DNA of 53,207 bases from Thermoproteota archaeon. GTDB taxonomy: Archaea; Korarchaeota; Korarchaeia; Korarchaeales; Korarchaeaceae. A program made the translations under genes and the position numbers. Of the stretch, positions 18,146 to 26,952 are shown in pieces. A model generated the notes under the pieces. The model worked only from the letters and a program-made list of their open reading frames with translations, did no database searches and was not told the DNA's origin. The DNA is taken from contig JAOZGP010000036.1 in the NCBI GenBank assembly GCA_027491735.1, positions 1 through 53,207 on the forward strand, read 5' to 3'. Every line of letters starts with the position of its first letter. Position 1 is the first letter of the stretch.

Positions 18146-18808
18146 CTAGCTCACCGCTTTGACGTCTATCTTGCGGGCTGGTCCCATAGTCGTCTTTATG
18201 TAGACCTTGTCCACGTAGTGTATGTCTCCATACTTAGATCTCACTACGGACATCACCTTCCTGACGTTAGCCGCTATCTCCTCGGGGCTCATATCGACTG
18301 ATCCAATTTTGACGTGGAAGTAAGGCTGATCTCTCATCCTTATCCTCACAGATCTTCTGAGTCTTTCTATGAGATCAGGCAATCTGTCGAGGGCAGTTAC
18401 CGGGAGAGTTATTGGCATTTTATTTCTTGGGCCAAAGATGGGACCTATGACTCTAGCTATCTTTGGTAGGAGGTCTGCTTGGGCTATGAAGAAGTCGTAT
18501 TCGGCAGCAAGCTTCTTAAGGGCTTTTTTATCACCCGAGAGCTTTTTGATCTCCTCAGCATCCATGACCTTATCTGCCCCGACTTCCTTGGCTTTGAGAG
18601 CGAACTCCCCAGTTCCGAATACACAAACTTTCACTTTTTTGTTCTTAGGGGGATACTCCAATTCGACGACTTCGTTTATCTTCATATCGGGATTTCTCTT
18701 AAGATCGATTCCCTTAAGGACGACAGATAGGTCAACAGACTCACAAAATCTTCTCTTTGGACTTGTCTTTATCACCTCATCTATTTCAAGAACTAGAGAG
18801 TCAGTCAT
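18146..18808 (-). CDS. rpl1: Ribosomal protein uL1
   Basis: KRRFCESVDL, GPRNKMP, KTTMGP. Confidence 0.96.
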   Translation of the reverse strand: MTDSLVLEIDEVIKTSPKRRFCESVDLSVVLKGIDLKRNPDMKINEVVELEYPPKNKKVKVCVFGTGEFALKAKEVGADKVMDAEEIKKLSGDKKALKKLAAEYDFFIAQADLLPKIARVIGPIFGPRNKMPITLPVTALDRLPDLIERLRRSVRIRMRDQPYFHVKIGSVDMSPEEIAANVRKVMSVVRSKYGDIHYVDKVYIKTTMGPARKIDVKAVS

Positions 18809-19287
18809 TTCTTTATCACCTCATCCCATAGACCTTCATCGATCTCCTTCTGAATATCCCTTGGATCCTTGCCCTCAACAGTTATTCCCATGCTCAAGGC
18901 TGTTCCTACCACCTGTTTCACTGCTTTCTTGAGATCGGATGTGTTCATCTCTCTTATCTTGATTCTAGCTACCTTGACAACCTTGTCCATGGTAATGTCT
19001 CCTATCTTTCCCTCTTTAGGATTACCAGATCCTTTGCTTAGACCGATCTCGCTGAGTAGGAGCATGGAGGTTGGGGGGACTCCAACTTCCACCCTGTAGC
19101 TTCTGGCCGCAGGGTCCACGAAGATCTTCACAGGAACCTTCATGCTGCTATATTCCTTTGTTTTATCGTTTATCTCCTTGACAACCTGTGCTATGTTGAG
19201 ACCGTATCCTCCAAGAGCTGGCCCGAGCGGAGGACCAGGGCTGGCGTTGCCGCCCTCAACAAGAACTTTTATGATCTTCTCAGGCAT
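18805..19287 (-). CDS. rpl11: Ribosomal protein uL11
   Basis: GGNASPGPPLGPALG, GTALSMGI. Confidence 0.97.
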   Translation of the reverse strand: MPEKIIKVLVEGGNASPGPPLGPALGGYGLNIAQVVKEINDKTKEYSSMKVPVKIFVDPAARSYRVEVGVPPTSMLLLSEIGLSKGSGNPKEGKIGDITMDKVVKVARIKIREMNTSDLKKAVKQVVGTALSMGITVEGKDPRDIQKEIDEGLWDEVIKK

Positions 19288-19298
19288 GTAAATCCCCC

Positions 19299-19769
19299 TT
19301 AAGACTCCTCCGAATGCGATTCCACAACCTTAACGTACTCAACAGGCATCTTTATCTCCCAGGACTTACCAAACCCTACGAGATTGAGGATCAGCACGGT
19401 TCCCTTCTCGCTTTCAGTGATCGCAGCGACCTTGGCCTGATATCCCTTGAAGTTCCCCTTTATTATCCTTACCACGTCACCCACCTCTATGGATACCTTC
19501 TCCGGTTCCTTCATCAGGAGGTTCTCTATCTCCTGAAACGTCACTGGGTCTGCAGGCAGTAGCTTAGCTCTAGATATCCCTCTAACAAGCTTGCTGACAT
19601 CATATGATCTCGCAGACTCAGCGAAGATATATCCGCGCATCTTAGGAACGAACACCAGAGACATGACCTGAACCCCGCTTGACTCAGCTCTAGCCTTAAG
19701 GAATCTCATGATGTTAGCCTCTTGTCCGGAGGGAACTTTTATCGTAAAAAACAAGAAAGGTCTTTCCAT
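19299..19769 (-). CDS. spt5: Transcription elongation factor Spt5/NusG
   Basis: GQEANI, GYIFAE, KOW motif GDVVRIIKGNFKG. Confidence 0.93.
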   Translation of the reverse strand: MERPFLFFTIKVPSGQEANIMRFLKARAESSGVQVMSLVFVPKMRGYIFAESARSYDVSKLVRGISRAKLLPADPVTFQEIENLLMKEPEKVSIEVGDVVRIIKGNFKGYQAKVAAITESEKGTVLILNLVGFGKSWEIKMPVEYVKVVESHSEES

Positions 19770-19784
19770 CTCTCTCCACCGCTT

Positions 19785-19976
19785 TTACGGTGTGAAGGTT
19801 GCAGTCCCCGAGATCATCGCCCCTGCCAGCTGGAACAGGAAGCCTATCGCTCCAACGACCATGAAGCCTAAAAAGGTTACCTTAAACAAGAGCCATATCT
19901 CATCTGACGAAGGCTTAGCAGCCACCTTTAGAGTTCTTCTGACATTCTCAAGAAAGCTCTCAAGGTTCTTCTTCAT
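19785..19976 (-). CDS. secE: Protein translocase SecE/Sec61-gamma
   Basis: RTLKVAAKPS..E then one TM; ftsZ-secE-spt5 synteny. Confidence 0.92.
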   Translation of the reverse strand: MKKNLESFLENVRRTLKVAAKPSSDEIWLLFKVTFLGFMVVGAIGFLFQLAGAMISGTATFTP

Positions 19977-19987
19977 AAGGGTCCCCC

Positions 19988-21169
19988 CTATAGGCTGTCT
20001 AAACCCAGCTCCTCAGGTGGGATTCTTTCAGGAGGGGTTTCCCTTCTTAAAGGTTTCCTCGCACCAGGAGCGATGGCCTTCTTAGCAGCTTCTTCCTTCG
20101 GAAGTTCTCCCTTTATGACAGCCTCCACAGTCTTAGATCTGACGCCAACGACTGCTATCAGCACCTGAACTAATCCTTTAAGTGACTCATCTATCCTAGC
20201 ACCCCAGAGGACGTTAGCATCTTGATCCAGAGCTCCTACCACAGTTTCCACAACCTGCTCCATCTCCTCGAGAGAGAAGTCCGGCCCACATGTTATGTTT
20301 ATTATGGCTGCCTTGCCGCCCGATATGTCTACGTCCAGCAATGGGTTGCTGAGGGCATCCTCAACGGCTTCTATGGCCCTGTTATCGCTATCACTCTCAC
20401 CGAAGAGAAGCGCAGCTACCCCTCCTCCTTCGACCACAGCGCGGAAGTCGGCTAGATCAACGTTGATTAATCCAGGCTTTGTGATGAGCTCCACTATCCC
20501 CTTAACTGCGCGGGCCATAATCTCGTCGCATATCATGAAGGCCTGGTAGAGTGGGAGATCTCGAGCTATATCAAGTATTCTATCATTAGCAATTATTATT
20601 ATTGTGTCAGTTACTTTTATCAACCTCTCAAGCCCCTGATAGGCGAGCTCCCTCTTCCTTCTTCCTTCCACCGAGAAGGGCAGAGTAACTATGGAGATAA
20701 CTATCGCTCCCAGATGTTTAGCTATCTCAGCGATGACAGGTGCTGCACCAGTCCCAGTTCCTCCACCAAGGCCTGCCATGAGGAAGAGTATATCCGCTCC
20801 GGCGAGCACATCCTTTATGACATCAGCACTCTCTCTGGCAGCCTCTTCCCCTATTCTGGGGTCTCCTCCAGCACCAGTTCCTCCACATAGCTCAGGACCT
20901 AGCAGTATCTTTCTGTCAGCAGCGGTGATCAGCAAGTGTGCTGCATCCGTGTTGGCAGCTATGGTCTCAGCACCTCCTATCTTCAGAGCGTTAAGTCTGG
21001 TGATCGTGTTGCTGCCAGCTCCACCGACACCCATTATAACAATCCTAACTTTCCCTCTTTCCAGGATTTTCTGAATTTCTTGATCCTCAGGGGCAACTTT
21101 TTGAGGTACCTCATAATCCTCCATCTTGGAAGCGCGTGCTGAAACCCTGGCTATCATGGACTTCAACAA
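19988..21169 (-). CDS. ftsZ: Cell division protein FtsZ (FtsZ1-type context)
   Basis: GVGGAGSN, GLGGGTGTG, PGLINVDLADF. Confidence 0.97.
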   Translation of the reverse strand: MLKSMIARVSARASKMEDYEVPQKVAPEDQEIQKILERGKVRIVIMGVGGAGSNTITRLNALKIGGAETIAANTDAAHLLITAADRKILLGPELCGGTGAGGDPRIGEEAARESADVIKDVLAGADILFLMAGLGGGTGTGAAPVIAEIAKHLGAIVISIVTLPFSVEGRRKRELAYQGLERLIKVTDTIIIIANDRILDIARDLPLYQAFMICDEIMARAVKGIVELITKPGLINVDLADFRAVVEGGGVAALLFGESDSDNRAIEAVEDALSNPLLDVDISGGKAAIINITCGPDFSLEEMEQVVETVVGALDQDANVLWGARIDESLKGLVQVLIAVVGVRSKTVEAVIKGELPKEEAAKKAIAPGARKPLRRETPPERIPPEELGLDSL

Positions 21170-21257
21170 TCATCACCTAGCAGGTTTCTCAACAGAGGCA
21201 TATCAACAATTTATATATAAACTAATGGTAAAACCCTGTCGGCCCTCCATTAGCAAA

Positions 21258-21331
21258 GGGCCGGTGGCGCAGTTTGGTAGCGCGCCGCCCTTGCAAGGCG
21301 GAGGTCGGGGGTTCGAATCCCCCCCGGTCCA
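21258..21331 (+). tRNA. tRNA-Ala(UGC)
   Basis: Cloverleaf, CCGCC-CT-TGC-AA-GGCGG, G3-U70 pair. Confidence 0.97.
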
Positions 21332-21449
21332 TGTTTATAACATTTTCGCTCCACGAGGTTTTCTAATGTTTCAAATCCTGCTCTGGGCTGTTTTCCTCGG
21401 TTAAACCGTTCTGAAGGCAGAATGACATTAAAGGTGGTCAATGATGTAC

Positions 21450-21810
21450 TTGTAACCTCAGTCTGCTGATGATTCTAATCGTAAGTTTCTGTGATCCTGT
21501 GAAGTTCGCTCAAATCCACCTTAACCAGCCCTTCTCTTGGTGGAAAATGTCGAGGCTCATCAAGTTGCTGTCAATTCCAATTTTAATCCTTCCAGAAACT
21601 CAACCTCTTTTGAGAAGGTTAAATAAACGTCGTTCTCCCTGATTATCGGCTCGCAAACCTTCCAGCCTTAATCCTCTCGTGAAACCACTTTTTTTGGGGG
21701 GGAGTTGAGTTCAAGGTATTCTTCACGCGATCTAACAGGGCATAGACTGACGCCGGCATTGCATACCAGCAGAGTACAGGGATCCTCGGAATTTCTTGGT
21801 CAGGGATGAG
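21450..21810 (-). pseudogene. tnpB: Decayed central fragment of an IS200/IS605 TnpB including the RuvC-I motif
   Basis: Frameshifted pieces REEYLELN / KWFHERIK / GWKVCEPIIRENDVYLTFSKEV / KIGIDSNLMSLDIFHQEKGW / VKVDLSELHRITETYD. Confidence 0.7.
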
Positions 21811-21855
21811 GGTCTCAAGGTAGCTCAGCATTGCTGGGTGCGGCGATGCCCAAGA

Positions 21856-22150
21856 GTTACATCCCACGTGATGAGGTAGTTGGCTTTATTTCCCATCGTT
21901 GCGAAGCATGTACCGTCAAAAGGATCGAACCTGAGGGTTTGAAGTCTCTTCTGCACACTTTACAGGACTGCGCACTTTACAGGAGCGTAGAAGTAAGCGT
22001 TCATAACCTTGCTTTAACACTCCCATGTAGTGATGTCGAGTAGTTCCCAAATCCGACCTTTTATCTGATCCAGATAGCCTTGCCATCCTTGAAGGATTTC
22101 TAGGAGCACATTCCATTTTCCTTCTACTGTCCACAGGATCTGATGCGCGA
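21856..22150 (-). pseudogene. Possible PIN/VapC-domain remnant
   Basis: Fragment RFDPFDGTCFATMGNKANYLITWD resembles the PIN C-terminal D..D...ADYLITxD motif; broken by stops. Confidence 0.35.
21951..21984. repeat. 17-bp tandem duplication
   Basis: CTGCACACTTTACAGGA / CTGCGCACTTTACAGGA, one mismatch. Confidence 0.85.
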
Positions 22151-22281
22151 GCTTGGGTGTAAGAGGTAGATTTAAATACTTTCTAGGACAAGCAATCCTC
22201 CGCAGCCCGTGCTCTAACAAGGGAGTGGGTTCATGGAAGCCCAAAGGGCACATGAGCTCGGAGGCTCGGGCGAATCCTCAA

Positions 22282-22316
22282 CTCACAAGCTCCATGTCGA
22301 AGGCCTCATGCGCGGG
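22282..22316. repeat. Dispersed 35-nt element, copy A (copy B at 33366-33400)
   Basis: CTCACAAGCTCCATGTCGAAGGCCTCATGCGCGGG, 30/35 identical to copy B, ungapped. Confidence 0.75.
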
Positions 22317-22346
22317 AGATCACCTCACCTAACATGGAGCAGCCGT

Positions 22347-22432
22347 GCCGGGGTGGGGTAGGGGTTAGCCCGGGGGCCTGTGGAGCGCTGCGTGGAAAGC
22401 CCTCGGCCCGGGTTCGAATCCCGGCCCCGGCC
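22347..22432 (+). tRNA. tRNA-His(GUG) with 14-nt intron at 37/38 (22384-22397)
   Basis: GCCGGGG/CCCCGGC acceptor, GGGGC-CT-GTG-G[intron]A-GCCCT, BHB pairing CTGT/GTGG, C73. Confidence 0.92.
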
Positions 22433-22511
22433 TATTAAATCTAGATCTCCCTTTTCTGGACATAAAGGATACATTAGCATCCTAGGGGCCAAGGAACGGC
22501 TAGAAAAGATA

Positions 22512-22585
22512 TGCGGCCGCCGGGATTTGAACCCGGGTCTGGAGCGTGGCAGGCTCCCATCCTATCCAGGCTAGACTACGGCCGC
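22512..22585 (-). tRNA. tRNA-Gly(GCC)
   Basis: GCGGCCG acceptor, GGAGC-CT-GCC-AC-GCTCC. Confidence 0.97.
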
Positions 22586-22650
22586 TTTCGGAGGTCATCT
22601 CCACTCAAGAGAAATAAAAAGTTTACCGCCTCTTCCTCGCGAAGGTTTTC

Positions 22651-23256
22651 ATGAGAGGAACAATATCTTTGTTCCTTGTGGACGCCTCAATAAGGCTTTC
22701 CAGGAAGGATGGGCGCTCTCTGGAGGAGAGACCAGGTTCACCGTTTGGTAGACCGGACGTAGTTCATAGAACAATTTTATCGGTCACGGATAGCCCTCTC
22801 TTCAGAAGAGGAATAGTAGATCTTCACCTTCATACCAGAGATGGGAGAGTGTTCGCTTTTTCTAAGGAGATGAGGCCTCCTAGGATGTACAATCGCTTTA
22901 AGGGATTGTTTGCCCAGCTCCTCAGGAAGGGGTTCGTTGGTGGGGATAGAAGGCTCATCTGGGAGCTTGACTGTGAGCTGAGGGATGCGCTCTCAGGGTA
23001 TGATCTGGTAGTTCTGCTAGATGAGAGAGGAACTCGTCTTGATCCTCTCCATATCCTTAGGGAACTCCTTAGAGAGCTAAAAGTGGCCTTCCTTATAGGA
23101 TGTTTCTCACGGGGAAGTTTTTCCGAAGAGGTGAAGGAAGCAGCAGATCTGAGAATCTCCTTTAGTGACTTCTCGCTTTCAGCATCTACGACGGCTTGTA
23201 TGCTGCTGTCTTATATATATACTACATATTATTATGAGAGGGGCTACAATGCCTAG
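22651..23256 (+). CDS. nep1: 16S rRNA pseudouridine-N1 methyltransferase Nep1/Emg1
   Basis: GRPDVVH, DSPL, RPPRMYNRFKGLFAQLL; SPOUT-type C-terminus. Confidence 0.9.
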   Translation: MRGTISLFLVDASIRLSRKDGRSLEERPGSPFGRPDVVHRTILSVTDSPLFRRGIVDLHLHTRDGRVFAFSKEMRPPRMYNRFKGLFAQLLRKGFVGGDRRLIWELDCELRDALSGYDLVVLLDERGTRLDPLHILRELLRELKVAFLIGCFSRGSFSEEVKEAADLRISFSDFSLSASTTACMLLSYIYTTYYYERGYNA

Positions 23257-23608
23257 GAGAAAGAATCTCATGAAACAGAAGAGAATAGCCAAAGATAGGA
23301 TAATCCTCCTCCTTCGAATGGCCGACGACATCGTTAGGGAGGATCCACATCTGGCGGAAAGATATGGGGACATAGCGAGGAGGTTATCCCTCCGTACAAG
23401 AGTTAGACTTCCTGAGGAATACTCGTGGAGGTACTGCAAGCGCTGTAAGAAACTCATGTTCCCAGGAGTGAATGCAGTGATCAGGTCGAGATCTAGAAGA
23501 TATCCCCACATGGTCATAAAATGTCTGAGATGTGGTTATATAAATAGAAGACCCTACATCAGAGAAAAATCACTTAAAAAGAGCGTTCAGAAACCGTCCC
23601 GGTTGTGA
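23249..23608 (+). CDS. rnp4: RNase P protein Rpp21
   Basis: IAKDRI, AERY, YCKRC...CLRCG zinc ribbon; start at ATG 23249. Confidence 0.93.
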   Translation: MPRRKNLMKQKRIAKDRIILLLRMADDIVREDPHLAERYGDIARRLSLRTRVRLPEEYSWRYCKRCKKLMFPGVNAVIRSRSRRYPHMVIKCLRCGYINRRPYIREKSLKKSVQKPSRL

Positions 23609-23700
23609 GGGCTCTCAACCTTTATATAGCAGAAGCCCTTTAATCCCCAGGTATCTATCCTAATGGGGAAGAGGCTTCCGGATAAGGATGGTGAAGTAAA

Positions 23701-24153
23701 TTGGTCACGGCTAGAGATGTTAGAGCAGACATACTGATATCGGAAGTCAAAGAAGAGCTCAAAAAGATAGCATGTATAAAACCACCCGGGTGGATCTACT
23801 ACGTTAAAACCGGAGTGAGCAGGGAGAGGTCTCCAGATCAGGAGGACTGGTGGTATATAAGGGCCGCTAGTATACTTCGGACGCTCTATCTTCGTGGTGG
23901 GAAACCTGTTGGCGTAGAACGGCTTAGGACCAAATATGGAGGTAGAACAGGTAGGAGGGTGAGACCGGAGCACTTCAGAAAAGGCAGTGGACACATAATA
24001 AGGCTCATTCTCCAGCAACTCGAGGAAGCCGGATTAGTCACCAAGGTGGAAAAGAAGGGCAGGAAGATAACCCCTCAAGGAACCTCCTTCTTGGACAAAG
24101 TGGCCGCGAAGGTAGCGAAGCCCATGAAGCCGGGCAGGGTGAGGGTGCCTTGA
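23701..24153 (+). CDS. rps19e: Ribosomal protein eS19
   Basis: VKTGVSRERSP..DWWYIRAASILR. Confidence 0.97.
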   Translation: MVTARDVRADILISEVKEELKKIACIKPPGWIYYVKTGVSRERSPDQEDWWYIRAASILRTLYLRGGKPVGVERLRTKYGGRTGRRVRPEHFRKGSGHIIRLILQQLEEAGLVTKVEKKGRKITPQGTSFLDKVAAKVAKPMKPGRVRVP

Positions 24154-24473
24154 GCGAGGACAGGGAACTTGCTAAGATTCAGGAAAGAATGCTAGCCGAG
24201 CTTCAGAGAAAGAAAGAAGCTGAGGAAGAAGCAGCTGCCTTAGAAAGGCAGCTTAATGCCATAGTCAAGCTAATCCTTTCATCGGAAGCCCTTCAGAGGT
24301 TGAAGAGAATAGAGTATGTAAGGCCCGAGCTTGCTAACAGAGTTAAGGTGCTGCTTTACCAGCTCTATGTGTCGGGAAAGCTGAGAAGAACTCTGTCAGA
24401 CGAGGAGTTTAAGAAGCTCCTCTCCAATCTAACCGAGAGCTCCCGTAGGGACTTCAACATAAGAGTGGTTTGA
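24150..24473 (+). CDS. PDCD5/TFAR19 family DNA-binding protein
   Basis: ILSSEALQRL..VRPELA; conserved position after rps19e. Confidence 0.88.
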   Translation: MSEDRELAKIQERMLAELQRKKEAEEEAAALERQLNAIVKLILSSEALQRLKRIEYVRPELANRVKVLLYQLYVSGKLRRTLSDEEFKKLLSNLTESSRRDFNIRVV

Positions 24474-24494
24474 TTCTGGAGGGAGGTGTTCACA

Positions 24495-24647
24495 ATGGCC
24501 AGGTATAGACCTCTTGCCAGCAAGCTGAGATATGCTCGAGCTATGAGGGAGAATCATAGAATACCTCTTTGGGTGTACCTAAGAACCAATCGTAAGGTTC
24601 GTTATAGGCCTCTCAGAAATTGGAGAAGATCCAGGCTTCAGTTGTGA
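24495..24647 (+). CDS. rpl39e: Ribosomal protein eL39 (not in the ORF track, 50 aa)
   Basis: MARYRPLASKLRYARAMRENHRIPLWVYLRTNRKVRYRPLRNWRRSRLQL; GGAGGTG SD. Confidence 0.93.
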   Translation: MARYRPLASKLRYARAMRENHRIPLWVYLRTNRKVRYRPLRNWRRSRLQL

Positions 24648-24659
24648 GGTGATGTTCAG

Positions 24660-24923
24660 ATGGAGAGGAAGTACACGCTTAACTTTGGTCAACTGGTCAG
24701 AAACCTATATCCACCCAAGAAGAGGGCTAAGGGCTATGTGAGGAGAATAGTGAAGTTTGTGGCGAGGCAACTCAAAGTAGACGAATCAAATGTGAAGATA
24801 CACCCTTCCCTTAACGAGCTCATATGGTCTCAGGGAGCGAATGGTATACCTCGCTCGATTTCCATACTGGTGGATTTCGATGAGGAGGAGAACGTTGCTG
24901 TGGTGAAGCCTCTACTTGAGTGA
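24660..24923 (+). CDS. rpl31e: Ribosomal protein eL31
   Basis: ERKYTLN, KRAK, LNELIWSQG. Confidence 0.92.
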   Translation: MERKYTLNFGQLVRNLYPPKKRAKGYVRRIVKFVARQLKVDESNVKIHPSLNELIWSQGANGIPRSISILVDFDEEENVAVVKPLLE

Positions 24924-24943
24924 AGGGAATTCGGTGTGTTTAA

Positions 24944-25606
24944 TTGCCGATAATAAGGACCTCCATAAAGAAGAGCCCGAATCTGGGGATATACCTCAAG
25001 CCGATCGGCAGATACTTGCTAGCACCTCCCACCATAAAAAGGTCTCTGGAAGAAGATCTCCACTCCACACTAGGTCTTGAGATATTCAAAGCTCAAGTGT
25101 ATGGAAGCGAGTTCTTGGGGGTCTTCTTAGCTGGGAACGACAATGCACTTCTGGTTCCGGGAATATCCAATATGAGAGAGGTATCCAAGCTGGAGGAAAT
25201 GAACCTGAGAATCGAAGTGTTGGACTCGAAGATAACTGCCTTGGGGAACGCGATATTGGCCAACGACTACGGGGCACTGGTACATCCCAAATTCACTGAT
25301 GAGGAGGTGGAGTTCATAAGGAAGGCCTTAGAGATACCAGTTGTCAGGGGAAAGATAGGAGGAATTCCGGTTGTGGGGTCTCTCTCGGTCGTGACGAACA
25401 GAGGCGGGCTTGTCTCACCTGCTGCCTCAGAGGAGGAGCTTCGCGGGATGAGAAAGCTCTTTGAGATAGACATCTACACGGGGACAGTGAACGACGGAAT
25501 CAAGTTCGTGAAGCTCGGACTTGTGGCCTGCGATCATGGCGTGGCGGTTGGCTCCCTGACAACTCCTCTCGAGCTCGATGTCATAATGGAAGCTTTTAAA
25601 GTCTAG
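24944..25606 (+). CDS. eif6: Translation initiation factor 6 (aIF6)
   Basis: ALGNAILAND, VGSLSVVTNRG, GTVNDG. Confidence 0.95.
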   Translation: MPIIRTSIKKSPNLGIYLKPIGRYLLAPPTIKRSLEEDLHSTLGLEIFKAQVYGSEFLGVFLAGNDNALLVPGISNMREVSKLEEMNLRIEVLDSKITALGNAILANDYGALVHPKFTDEEVEFIRKALEIPVVRGKIGGIPVVGSLSVVTNRGGLVSPAASEEELRGMRKLFEIDIYTGTVNDGIKFVKLGLVACDHGVAVGSLTTPLELDVIMEAFKV

Positions 25607-25641
25607 GAGGCCTTCTCCTCACAAGCAAGAAAGGTGATTTT

Positions 25642-26043
25642 ATGTCAAGTCAGCAGAACCTTGTGGCCTTAAGAAATACATACCAAGTCCTCCTGGAAGA
25701 AGTCAATAGGCTTACCTTGATCTATACAGACCTGAACAGGAGCATAGAGACCCTCGAAACTTTCAAGAAGCTTAAGGAGAGAGAAGGAACTACGCCCATC
25801 ATGGTTCCTGTGGGGAGCTTTCTCTCCATGATAATGAGTGGAATCAGAATGGACAAGGTCGCTGTCCAGGTGGGGGCTGGAATATACGTAGAGATGTCTC
25901 CTGAGGAAGCCCTTGAAGAACTGAAAAAAAGGCTTGAGGAGGTGAAGGATAACATCCTGAAGATGCAGGTGGAGCTTCGTCAGATAGAAGCTCAGCTGAT
26001 CTCAGCGGAGAGGGTCGGTGGTGCAAAGAAGGGCTCCTCTTAA
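25642..26043 (+). CDS. pfdA: Prefoldin alpha subunit
   Basis: Coiled coils flanking MVPVG and VGAGIYVE hairpins. Confidence 0.9.
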   Translation: MSSQQNLVALRNTYQVLLEEVNRLTLIYTDLNRSIETLETFKKLKEREGTTPIMVPVGSFLSMIMSGIRMDKVAVQVGAGIYVEMSPEEALEELKKRLEEVKDNILKMQVELRQIEAQLISAERVGGAKKGSS

Positions 26044-26923
26044 GCTCCTCCTCAAGAAGGTCGCTAGCAAGATAGGGGTGAAGGGCAGACTCTCTAGGTC
26101 GGATATAGAGGGCATATTTCTCGAGATAGAACTGGACCTTCTAGAAGGAGGTCTAGCTCTTGAGCTTGTGGACGACATAAAGAAACACATGATCTCCTAT
26201 CTGGTTGAGCGTGAATTCAGAGGGGATCCTGAAAGCTTCCTGAGGAATGAACTCAAGAACTTCCTTATTAAATCGATATCTGTCGGAGGACTAGATCTCA
26301 GGAAAATAATCGAAAGAGCTAAAGAGGAGAAAGAGATCTCCGTATTTCTTTTCTTCGGTTTTAACGGTGTCGGCAAATCCTTGAGTCTTGTCAAGACAGC
26401 TAAGGTCCTGATGGACCTCGGATACAAACCTCTGATAGCAGCAGCAGATACCTTCAGGTCGGCGGCGCTGGAACAGCTCGAAGGTTACGCTAAGGAGATC
26501 GCGGTCCCTCTGGTTAAGGGGGACAGAGGGGCTGATCCAGCGTCCGTCGTGTATAATGCCATATCCAAGGCGATATCCAAAGGTTTTGATGTGGTTTTAT
26601 CTGATACTGCCGGAAGAAGAGCCATGGACAGAAATTTAGCTGGGGAGCTCAGGAAAATAGCTAGGGTCTCAAATCCAGACCTCAAAGTTCTGGTTGTCGA
26701 TGGACTAGCTGGCTCAGACGTCATAAATCAGTGCAGGTCGTTCAACGAGATTGTTCCCGTGGATGCCCTCGTGGTGACGAAGGTGGACGCTGGCGGTTAC
26801 GTGGCTGCAGTTCAAGCGGTTTACTTCCTCAAAAAGCCGGTCCTCTTCCTCGGAGTAGGTACTTCTATAACGGATATAAAGCCCTTCTTCCCGGAAGAGG
26901 CAGTTAACTTTATTTTGGACTGA
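26018..26923 (+). CDS. ftsY: SRP receptor FtsY
   Basis: GFNGVGKS, DTFRSAALEQL, DPASV, DTAGR, TKVD. Confidence 0.9.
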   Translation: MVQRRAPLKLLLKKVASKIGVKGRLSRSDIEGIFLEIELDLLEGGLALELVDDIKKHMISYLVEREFRGDPESFLRNELKNFLIKSISVGGLDLRKIIERAKEEKEISVFLFFGFNGVGKSLSLVKTAKVLMDLGYKPLIAAADTFRSAALEQLEGYAKEIAVPLVKGDRGADPASVVYNAISKAISKGFDVVLSDTAGRRAMDRNLAGELRKIARVSNPDLKVLVVDGLAGSDVINQCRSFNEIVPVDALVVTKVDAGGYVAAVQAVYFLKKPVLFLGVGTSITDIKPFFPEEAVNFILD

Positions 26924-26952
26924 AATTTAACCAGTTCTCTTGGTGATCTTTC

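Noticed and set aside
21951-21984. Tandem repeat as a CRISPR remnant
   Set aside because: Two adjacent units, no spacer, no cas genes; no array anywhere in the window
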